IMG/VR virus record: IMGVR_UViG_3300025767_000013
Location: 6,658-70,657 of that record
Strand: one strand, 5' to 3'
Source of the DNA: a virus
DNA: 64,000 nt
Of the stretch, positions 19,102 through 31,500 are shown piece by piece. The notes beneath the pieces are model-generated. The model was not told the DNA's origin and did no database searches. It saw nothing but the letters and a program-made list of their open reading frames with translations. Made by a program: the position numbers and the translations under genes. Position 1 is the stretch's first letter. Every line of letters begins with the position of its first letter.

Positions 19102-19574
19102 TGGCAAGAATAAAACCAAATATTGATTTAGGTACTATTACTAAAAGACGAGATAGAGAATCTTTTAGAAATTTTGTATTGGAGGTAATTGATGATACTT
19201 TTATTTATGAGTTCACCCCAACCTCAATATCATTAGATGGTGAGTTGTTTACCATTCTATTGGGACCTGTTGATAATAGCACACCAGCCGATTCCGATTA
19301 TGCGGACTTTGGTGATATAAAGGGGTATAGATTTATTTACGAAGATTTGCAAGTTTCTGCGATAGAAGATTTTGTTGATGTATATTTATATGGAGTTAAG
19401 CAAACATCTGATAGATACGAAGTTCAAGTATTTAAGGAATCAATTAGAATTAATTCTAATTTTAGTGATGGTGATGAAATACGATTTGTATTTAATCAAT
19501 CCATAACTAGAGTTCCTGGTGATGTTGTTAGAACTGATTTTGAGATAAAAGGTAAAATTGCAGAAATATTATAA
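19101..19574 (+). CDS. hypothetical virion-associated protein
   Basis: 157 aa, coupled on both sides (TAATG); VDVYLYG...FEIKGKI. Confidence 0.65.
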   Translation: MARIKPNIDLGTITKRRDRESFRNFVLEVIDDTFIYEFTPTSISLDGELFTILLGPVDNSTPADSDYADFGDIKGYRFIYEDLQVSAIEDFVDVYLYGVKQTSDRYEVQVFKESIRINSNFSDGDEIRFVFNQSITRVPGDVVRTDFEIKGKIAEIL

Positions 19575-22500
19575 TGGCTAGATTAATTCCACAAAAGCAG
19601 ATTGAAGAAATTAATATTTTTAAGGATAGCATATCCGTTGCTAATTCTGTCTTTATTTCTGGTTCTCTTTATGTATCTCAAAGTGTTAACATTGGTAATA
19701 GCTTATTGGATAAGCAAGAGATTACCGGTTCAGTTGAAATCACTGGTTCATTAAGTGTTGATGGCAATCTTACCTTCAAAAACGCTAATAACCGATTAGA
19801 TGCAACCGCATCCTTTTCTGATGTATCATTAGATACTCAGTTATTTGCCGGTATTAGACCTGAGGATTTTGTAGCATCTGAAGCAACCATTTATGTATCC
19901 TCTACAAGAGGTAGTGATGATAATGATGGTCGTTCACCTGCATTCCCATTAAGAACAATTAAGAAAGCAGCTCAGTTAGCAACACCTGGAGATGATGGTA
20001 GATATGGATTACCAACTGGTTCCTTATTTACTGGATATAGAATTGATGTTGATACTGGTACTTACATCGAAGATAATCCAATCGAACTTCCAAGAAACAC
20101 AACTGTTTGGGGAAGTGGATTGCGTGTAACTAAGATTGTTGCTAAAAACGAAAACGAGGATTTATTTTGGGTAAACTCTGGTTGTTATCTTGCGGAGATG
20201 ACATTTGCTGGATTGAGAGTATATCCATCGGTTGATAATTCTCAGAAAGGATTCGCTATCGCATTTGCGCCAAACGCATTTATTACAACATCTCCCTACA
20301 TTCAGAACTGTTCGATGATTTCGAATCAGGAAAACTCATTCTTAGAAGCATACGAAGAGATTCCTGCTGGTGGTGGTGGTTTGAATGTGGATGGTAATAA
20401 GATTCACCCTGATTCTCCATTGGCATCAATGGTATTAGATGCATATACTCAGATTGCACCAAATGGTGTAGGTTGTCAAGTTGTTGGTAGAGGATTCATT
20501 CAGTTGGTATCTTTCTTCACCAACTTCTCCGCATACTCAGTAAAAGTATTGGATGGTGGACAGGCTGTATTACTTAACTCCAACACCTCATTTGGTGATT
20601 ATGGTATGTATGCTAGTGGTTCTCGTTTCATTACTGGTAGTGGTGGTAACACCGATGCATTCTTAAATGTACAGGATAACTATTCAATTATTGTTAATAC
20701 AATTGAAAAAGGATTATCAGCAATTCCAGCATTAGTTCCAAACGCAGCTAATGGTATTAGAGTAACTGACCCAAATATAATTGAACAATATTTCGTATCC
20801 GAAGATTCATCTGCAGATGTGGCTGAAGCGGTTAAATCCGATTTCAGATTAGTAAGTTCAATTGTTGAAAATGGAAATTCTAATGTTCCAACTCTTATTG
20901 CTAAGAGTAGTACATCTGGATACTCACCTACATCAGTTTACAATATCTCAGGCCAAACCCAATACACTTCATCGGTTAGTGCATCTGCGGAAGATGTGGC
21001 ATTGGTTGATACAAACTTTGATATCTTATTGGATATTATTGAAAGAGGAAACGCAGCAACCGCATCTTATGTTGAGATTTCAAATGTATCTCATTCGATT
21101 CAAATAAGTGATATTGAACAATATAAAGGATTGGGTTCATCTGCTACTACAATAGAGAAAGTTAGTAGTGGATTTAATACAATTATGGAAATTATATCAA
21201 CTGGTATTACAACGGTTGATATTGTGAGTAATACATCGGCTAGTTATAAAGTAACCGATACAACAATTTACGAAACTGATATCAGTTCATCGCAATCTAC
21301 AATTGATTATGTGAGTTCATCTCTTTCAATTGTTTATGATATTTTAGCAAATGGTACCGCATCGGCACCTACAATAATTCTAAGTAGTTCTATTGAGAAT
21401 CCAACAATTGAGATTCAGAATGCATACGAATTATTGATAAACAATATTCCATTTATTCAAGAGGAAACCATAGTTTACCTATCTTCTTCTTGGAGTGAAC
21501 ATCCATACAATCAAGAGACTTGTAAGAGAGATATTGGATACATTATAAGTGGTGCGGCACATGACCTTCTTTATGGTGGTAATGAGGAATCGGTAAGAAG
21601 TGGTTTATTCTACTACCTATACCCATCCAACGCAACTACATCAGAATTAGACCCAACTTTAACAGGTATCAAATACGCAAGTGGGTTAGCTCAGAATATA
21701 TTAGCTGGTAAAATTTTCTCCGATACAACGGTTGAAAATGAAAATGGATATGATGTTATCTTCCAAAACAAAGATTTTGTAATTGAAGAAACCATATTAT
21801 ATATTTCATCTTCTTGGAGTGGATTTGATTATAATGAAGCTAAGTGTAGACGAGATACTGGTTATATCTTAGACGCTGTTGCAACGGATTTAAGATATGA
21901 TGGTAATGAGAGAAGTGTAACCGCTGGTGAGTTCTATTACAAATATCCATCCCAAGCAACATCTACTCAGTTAAATCAAACAATTGATGCGATTAACTAC
22001 GCTAAGAGATTAACTGAAAAATTATTAAATAACGATACTTTTGGACAACCATCCGCATCGGTAATTGGGGCTGTTGATTTGATGAGAGAAAACCGCTCAT
22101 TGATTCAAGACGAAACTATTACATTTATCAACACACAATATCCAAACTTTGATTATAATCAAACCAAATGTAGAAGAGATGTTGGATATATCATTGATAA
22201 CATTGCAACCGATTTATTATATGGTGGTAATGAAAGAACTGAAATAGCTGGTTTATATTATTTCTTATATCCATCTATCGCTAACACTACTCAATTAACC
22301 GAAACTTTATTAGCTATTGAGTATGTTAATGGTTTAGTTGATGAGGTAATCCAATCCAATGTATTACCTACACCACAAGTTGTATTGAATGTTGATGGTA
22401 ACATTAAAGTAACCACATATAATTCAGTAACATCATCAATTTCGGCTACCGATACTGAGGTTACTTTAGTATCTCAATCATTCAATATTGTTGAAGATAT

Positions 22501-25500
22501 AATTCGTTATGGAACCGATTATATCACATCAACTATTGCTGGTAATTCTAATGATTATATTTGGACAACATCTACTCCACTTAATGTTAGTGGTAGAACT
22601 CAAATTACATCATCTGAAGTTGATTCTGAAAACTTACAAATAATTCAAAATAACTTTGGGGTTGTAACTGATATTATTGCTGGTGGGGTTGGTGCTACAC
22701 CTACATTGGTTGAGAATGTTTCTTCTTCAATAAAAGTAACATCAACAACTCAATTCACAAATGGAAGTTCGGTAGCAACATCTGCTGAAGCAGCGTTGGT
22801 TAGTGCATCAATTGCAATCGTAACTGATATTGTTCAAAACGGAACGGCATCATTACCTGATTTGGTTCAAAATACATCGGCATCAATCAAAGTAAGTGGT
22901 GAAACACAAACCACTTCAGCAATATCCGCATCTATAACTGAAGCAAACAAAGTAAGTTCTTCGTTTGAAATCGTAACCGATATTGTTGAAAATGGAGTTA
23001 GTGTAATTCCTACTATTGTATCAAACACAAATGAGAATATTAAATTCTTTAACGATAGTGTTCAATACATTTCATCATCTTATAGTGGTTCATCGGAAGA
23101 TGTAGCATTCATTTCATCTTCTATTTCTATTGTAACCGATATCATCACAAATGGTACTGGTTCTTTACCAACCATTGTTGATTACACCCAATCATTGGAT
23201 TCCGAAAATGCTATCGCAGCATACGAAATCCTTAAAAACAATATTTCATTCATTCAGGATGAAACAATAGCTTACCTTTCATCGTCTTGGTCAACCGCAT
23301 CTTATGATGAGAGTAAGTGTAGAAGAGATGTAGGGTTGATTATTAGTGGAGCAGCGGAAGATTTATTATGGGGAGCTAATTCAGCATCCGTAATGAATGG
23401 ATACTATTATTATCTATTCCCATCACAAGCACAAGGTGCACAATTGAATCAAACATTAGATGGTATATTCTACGCATCGAAGTTGGCTCAGAAGTTGGTT
23501 CAGAACATTGAGTTCGCAACCGCATCAGAAGAAAGAAGAGCAACTTGGGATTTGATTACAAACAACACCGAATTTATTAAAGAAGAAACTATCGCTTACT
23601 TATCTTCATCTTGGTCAAACTTTGACTACAATGAGGTAACTTGTAAGAGAGATGTAGGATACATTTTAGATGCAGTTAAAACTGATGTTTATTATGGTGG
23701 TAATGAAAGAACCGCTAAAGCTGGTGAGTTCTATTACTTATATCCTTCACAAGCAACTATCGGAAACGATGGTGATACTGGTGGACAATTAAACCAAACA
23801 TTGGATGGTATCCGATATGCTGGTAGAATTGCAAAAAACATTGTTCAGAGTATTGAACTTTCTTCACCATCTCAAGCAGTATTAGATGCTAAGGAATTAT
23901 TGTTTGAAAACAAAACATTTATCCAAAATGAGGTAATTGCATTTATCTCATCTTCTTGGAGTGAGTTCTCATATAACCAAACAACTTGTAAGAGAGATGT
24001 TGGTTACATCTTAGATGCCGCAATTACCGATATGGTATATGGTGGTAACGAAAGAGGTAGAATCGCAGCAGAATACTATTATCGTTATCCTTCATCGGCA
24101 ATTGTAGGTGGTGTTCCATCTTCAACACAACAAAAAGACCCAACTGTTGATGGTATCAATTACACAAACGCATTGGCTCAAAAAATTGTATTGGGTAGTG
24201 TATTTGTAGATGCGGATTCAACAAAACTTTCAATTAGAAATTCAATTGTTGAAAACAAAGCATATGTTCAACAAAATGTAATTGATTATATTAACGATAC
24301 ATACCCAACACTAAACTACAACGATAGTAAGTGTTACAGAGATATCGGATTTATCATCGATGCAGTTGTAACCGATTTGGTATATGGTGGAAATCAAAGA
24401 AGTATCAAAGCTGGTACATTCTACTACCTATTCCCATCTGAGGCAACATATTCACAATTAACCGAAACTATCAATGGTATCAACTTTGGTAGAGATTTGG
24501 TTAAGTTGGTTGTTAAGGGAGCTAAATCAATTGAAGATTCATTTGATGTAGTTGTTAAAATTATTGAGAGTGGTAGTTCAGTTGTAACCGAACAAACTAT
24601 TGGAACTGATTCAAACGGAGCACCAATCTCGACTGTTGGTATTCCTAAAAATTCATATGGTGATAATTTAGTAACAACTGTTGTTGGAACTACTATCCCT
24701 GCTGAAATTGAATTGGTTAAAAATACTGAAGCCGGAATTAAGTTAGGAAACGATGTTCAAATTACATCATCTTTATCAGCTGGAACCGATGAGATAAATA
24801 AAGTATCATCTTCTTTCAGTATTGTAACTGATATCGTAAAATATGGAATCACTCCAACATTAGAAGTTAGTGGTTCATCTGAATTTGTAACTTACTATGA
24901 GGTTGTAACATTAGAAGAGGGTAATTACTTATTTAATAAAAACCAATTATCTAAATTTGATAATGCATTTACTGAATCATTTGATGATGGTATAGTTGAC
25001 CCAGAAATTACATTAAAGCGAGGTGAACTATATACATTCTCTGTAAATTCACTTAACATTGTAAACGCTGATATAAGTGTATTAAAGCCATTCTATATAA
25101 AAACAAAAAGAACAGCTGGTACTAACGATTTATATAACGATGGTATAACTGGAAACGGAACTTCATTTGGTACTGTTACCTTTATTGTTCCTTTTGATGC
25201 ACCTGATACATTATATTATGTAAATAGTAATAATGTTTCCGCTAGTGGTATCATCAATATTGTAGATGAATTACCATTATCCGATACTCAACGATATGTA
25301 ACTATCCCATCTTTGGGTGAGGTTGAAGTTGTTACTAATAATGTTGATAATATTAAGATAAACAACATCGACCAATACACATCGGAATATACAGCATCCG
25401 CTGTACAATCGGTGGCTATTAGTTCTTCATTCGCAACAACTGTTGATATATTATTTAATGGTGTAGATAACTTACCAACTCAAATCAAAAATGTTGAAGG

Positions 25501-28500
25501 GTTGGTTAAGAAAAATAATATAGCACAATATACATCTTCAGTTGATACAACCGAAGGTTTGAGAAACACAATCAGTTCTTCATTTGATATCGTATTGGAT
25601 ATTGTTGAAAATGGTACTGGTTCAATTCCAACTATTGTTGATAACACAACCGATTTAATTAAGGTAACATCTGAAGCTCAATATGTAAGTTCAACTTCTG
25701 CTGGTAGTGATGAAATTCAATCTGTAAGTTCATCATTCGCTATCGTATTGGACATCCTTAAAAATGGTGTAGGTAGTTTACCAACTGAAATTGAAAATGT
25801 AAGTGGTAGTATTAAGAAAACTACATTCGAACAATACATTTCAGCATCATCGGCAACTCAAACTGAGATTGCTAAGGTTAGTTCTTCGGTAGCCATTGTA
25901 ACGGACATTATTTCTAATGGAGTTGATTCTCTACCTATCGTAGTAGATAATACATCAGAACTCATTAAAGTAACTACAACCGAACAATACACTGGTTCTT
26001 TGAGTGGTTCATTGGAAGATGTGGCAGCTATTTCATCATCTATCTCAATTGTAACTGATGTTATCGCAAACGGATTATTTGGATTACCTACTGTAACGGC
26101 TTATACCGCATCAGTTTCTACTCCATCTACTTTGGCAGCGTATGAAATCATAAAAGAAAATATCGATTTCATTCAAAACGAAACTATCGCTTACTTGTCA
26201 TCTTCTTGGTCTACTGCTTCATACGATGAAGCTAAGTGTAGAAGAGATGTTGGTTTAATTATTAGTGGAGCAGCTGAGGATTTATTGTTCAACTCAATAT
26301 CCGCATCGGTTGTAAATGGATACTATTACTATTTGTTCCCATCACAAGCGCAGGGTGCACAATTGAACCAAACTTTGGATGGTGTATTCTACGCAAGTAA
26401 ATTAGCACAACAATTGGTTCAGAACAACATCTTTGTAACCGCATCATCGGAAAGATTGTTGACAGCTGAATTGATTACAAATAATACTGAATTCATCCAA
26501 GAAGAAACAATCGCTTACCTATCTTCATCTTGGTCATCATTTGATTATAACGAAACAACTTGTAAGAGAGATGTGGGTTATATCTTAGATGCGGTTAAGA
26601 CTGATATCGTATATGGTGGTAATGAGAGAAGTGTTAAAGCTGGTGAATTCTATTACTTATACCCATCCGCAGCAACTGGTTCACAATTGAACCAAACATT
26701 AGATGGTATCAACTATGCTGGTAAATTAGCACAAAGAGTAATTCAGAATATTGAGTTTGTAACCGCATCTGAATTTGTAAGTGCATCTTATGACTTAATC
26801 GTAAACAACATCGATTTCGTTAAAGAAGAAACTATCGCTTACTTATCATCTTCTTGGAGTGGTTTCTCATACAATGAAACAACTTGTAAGAGAGATGTTG
26901 GATATATCTTAGATGCTGTTGCAACTGACCTTTATTATGGTGGAAATGAGAGAAGTATCACCGCTGGTGAATTCTACTACCTATATCCTTCAAACGCAAC
27001 TGGTTCTGAGTTAATCCAAACTTTAGATGGTATCAACTACGCAAGAAGATTGGCAAACGAAATCATTCAAAACAATCAGTTCGCATTAGCACCATTCAGT
27101 AGAACAAACGCTGTTGATGTATTGATTGAAAACAAACTATTCATTCAAGAGGAAGTAATTTCTTATGTATCTTCTTCTTGGAGTGGTGTGTTCTACAATG
27201 AGGATAAGTGTAAGAGAGATGTTGGATATATTTTAGATGCTGTTGCAACCGATACTTTGTATGGTGGTAACGAAAGAAGTTCTAAAGCTGGTGAGTTCTA
27301 CTACCTATATCCATCAAGAGCAACCAATGCTGGTGTTCCATCTGAGCAAAATCAATTAGATTCAACTTTAGATGGTATCACATACGCTAAGTTGGTTTCT
27401 GATAAATTATTACAAAACGAAATCTTTGTAACCGCATCAACTCAGGTTGTTGAGGTGGTTAAATTGATTACTGAAAACAAACCATTTATTCAAGCGGAAG
27501 TTATTTCTTATATTTCTTCTTCTTGGAGTAATTTTGAATATAACGAAGCAAGTTGTTCGCGTGATGTGGGTTACATCTTAGATGCAGTAGCAACTGACTT
27601 CTACTATGGTGGAAATGAAAGAAGTATCACCGCTGGTGAGTTCTATTACTTATTCCCATCAGCAGCTACGGTAAGTGGTAGTGAATCACCAAGCGTAAGT
27701 GCACAATTGTACCCAACGGTAGATGGTGTAACCTACGCACAAAGATTGACAAACAAATTGGTTAACAACATTAATTTGGTAACCGCATCTTTGGAAAGAC
27801 AAACTACATACAACTTATTGTTGGATAACAAAGAATTACTACAAAACGAAGTAATCTCATTTATGAGTTCTTCTTGGAGTGGATTTGAGTATATCGAAGC
27901 TAAGTGTAGAAGAGATGTTGGATACATCGTAGATGCTGTGGCAACGGATGTTCTTTATGGTGGTAATGAAAGAAGTATCACCGCTGGTGAGTTCTACTAT
28001 CTATACCCTTCAGAAGCAACCACTGTTCAATCTGACCAAACTATCACTGGTATCAACCACGCTGCTGGATTGGCTGATAAGATTGTTCAAAACACATTGT
28101 TGGTAAATCCTAATAGTGATTTACTTGCGAAGTATAACTTGATTTTGGACAACAAAGAATTAGTTCAGGACAATGTTATCAGATTTGTGGATATGAAATA
28201 TCCTTACTTCACTTACAATAGAGTTAAGTGTAGAAGAGATGTTGGATTTATCATTGATGCAGTAGCAACTGATTTACTATGGGGTGGTAACGAAAGAAGT
28301 ATCATCGCCGGTGATTACTATTATAGATACCCATCTGAAGCAACAACCATCCAATTGGGTGAAACAACTGAAGCTATCAGATACGCTAAGGGTATTGTTA
28401 AACAAATCTTATTAAACACCTTATTGGAAGTTCCATCGGTTAAATCAAATACTGAAAACAATATTAGATTTACCGATACAACTCAATATACCGGTTCACT

Positions 28501-31500
28501 TGCAATTAGTGGAAGTAACCTAACTGATATCAGTTCATCATTTGAATTAGTTACGGGGATAATCACATCTGGTATTTCTTCATACACACCATCAACCGCA
28601 ACATACAATCCTGCAAATGGTGATTTCACAATGACAATTGTAAGACATGGATTGGATGTTGGCGATAGTATCTATCTAAAACCTGAATCATTCACATTTA
28701 CTTGTGAAATGGATGGTAATAGAACTGAACACAAATTACCAGCAGCTGGACAACCTGCATACGATAGTAGATTAACCATTAAATCAGTAACATCAAACAC
28801 TGTAACTGTGAATGTTGGTAAATCGGGTCCAAATGTAGAGTTCAATCCAACAAACGCATCATATGACCCATCTACTGGTGATTTTGTAGTAACTGTAGCA
28901 AGTCATAGTTTAAGTGTTGGTGAAGGTGTAGTAATGGCAGCTGAATCATTCGCATTTACTTGTGATATGGATAATGACCAATCGGTTAAATCTTATCCAA
29001 GAGTAGGAATCGACCCATTTGCGGTTCGTTCAATTCCACTTACTTCGGTAACTGATACTACAATGACATTTAATGTTGGAGCATCTGGTCCAAACAAATA
29101 CTTCACACCTGTATCTGCTTCTTACAACGCATTGACTGGTGATATGATTCTGACTGTTAGTGAATCGTTTGGATTAGGAGTTGGTAGAAGTGTGGTATTA
29201 GAAAATGAATCATTCGCATTCACTTGTGATATGGATGGTAACACAACAACCCATTCTTACCCAAGAAGTGGTTCAGACCCATATGCTGAAAAATCAATTC
29301 TAATTACTTCAGTTGGTACAACATCACATACACCAACCGATGCACCTTACAACCCAACAACTGGTGTGGTAACATTAACAATCGCAAATCACGGATTCTC
29401 AAATGGTGATTATGTGAAAGTTGATGATGGTGCATTAACTTATACTTGTGTATCTGATAACAACCAAACCGAACATTCATACCCAAGAGCTGGATACGAT
29501 TATCCATCTGGTAGATGGTTGGAAATTTCTAATGTAACTACAAATACATTCGATATCAATGTAGGTTCATCATCTTACTTAGGTGAACATACTTTTGTAA
29601 CCGCATCTCTAAATGGTATTAAGAGACAGGATGGTACATTTACAATTAATGTGGGAGATGCTGGAAGTGCTTCTGGTTCAATCCATACATTCGTATCTGC
29701 ATCGGCAAATGCGGTTAAGCACGAACCTCAATCGGTTCACACTTTTGTATCTGCATCAAATGGGGCATTGAAACACTTACCACAATCTACTCACACATTT
29801 GTGAGAACTCAGAGAGATTCGGTAACTACATTGCCAATCGAAGTTAAGAACATCGAAAACTTAATAAAAGTAACTGATGCAACTCAAACTACTTCTTCTT
29901 TAAGTGGTAGTGGAGTAGAGGTTGGTATTGTTTCAGCTAGTATTGATATGATTAACGATATTATCAGATTAGGTTCTGATAACATTCCATTCGCTATCGC
30001 TAAAAACTTCCAAACTTCTGAGTTAGATACTCCTCAAAACTTAACAACTGGTAGATATGTAACCGCAAGTGGTGATTACGAAGTTGGAAATGAGTTAGCA
30101 ATTGTAACCTCATCATTCGCACAAATCAATGATGTTATTGAGAATGGATTAACTTCATTACCAACATTGGTATTGAATACAAACAACAACATTAAAGTAA
30201 CTAATGTAACTCAATACACCTCATCACTAAGTGGTTCTTCAACCGAAACTTCAAAGGTAAGTGCTAGTGTTGATATTATTGAAACAATTGTTCAAAATGG
30301 AGTAGGTTCAATTCCAACAATCGTTCAAAACAACACAAATACTTCAAACTTAATCAAAGTTGGTAATGTAGAACAATACATCTCAGCTAGTGGAGCAGAT
30401 AAGATTCAATCTAAGATTGTATCATCTTCATTCGGAATTGTGATTGATATATTGGTAAATGGAACTGGTTCCCTACCGACTATTGTTGAATACACAAATC
30501 AGGTGGATGCACCTAAGACTGTATTGGCTTACAACTTATTAAAAGAAAATATCGAATTCATTCAGAACGAAACTATATTGTTTATGAGTTCTTCTTGGAG
30601 TGGATTTGAATACAACGAAGCAAGTTGTTCGCGTGATGTAGGTTTAATTGTAAGTGGAGTAGCTGAGGATTTAATCTATAACGCTAATTCAGCATCTGTT
30701 GTAAACGGATACTATTATTACCTATTCCCATCTCAGGCAACTGGTTCACAATTAGACCAGACTGTAACTGCTATCAGATACGCAAGTAACTTAGCACAAA
30801 ATATTGTTAGAAATAGAACATATGTAACCGCATCGATTGAAGTATCTGCTTCATACGATTTGTTGATTCAAAACAAAGAATTCATTGTATCTGAATCAAT
30901 CTCATTTGTATCTTCTTCTTGGAGTGATTTCTACTACAACCAAAATACTTGTGGTAGAGATGTTAGATATATCGTAGATGCAGTAGCAACCGACCTTATT
31001 TATGGTGGAAACGAAAGAAGTGTAACCGCTGGTAAGTATTACTACGATTACCCATCATCAGCAATCGTAGGTGGCGTTCCATCTTCAACTCAACAAAAAG
31101 ACCCAACTGTAACCGCAATCAACTATGTTAAAGGATTGGTTACTGAAATTGTGGGTGGAGCTGTATTCCAAACCGCTTCAAACGAAGTTGAATACACATA
31201 CGATACAATCAGAACAAATAGAGGATTTATCCAAAATGAAGTAATTGCATTCGTAAACGCTAAGTATCCAAACTTATTCTACAACGAAGCTAGTTGTAGT
31301 AGAGATACTGGATTCATCGTTGACGCTGTTGCAACTGATTTAAGATGGGGTGGTAACCAAAGAAGTAGAGAAGCGGGTAGATTCTACTATCTATTCCCTT
31401 CTAAAGCAACTAATGTTCAATTGGGTGAAACTACCGATGCAGTAACTTACGCATCTGATTTGGTAACTGAAATTGTATTGAAGAATACTTTATCAATTCC

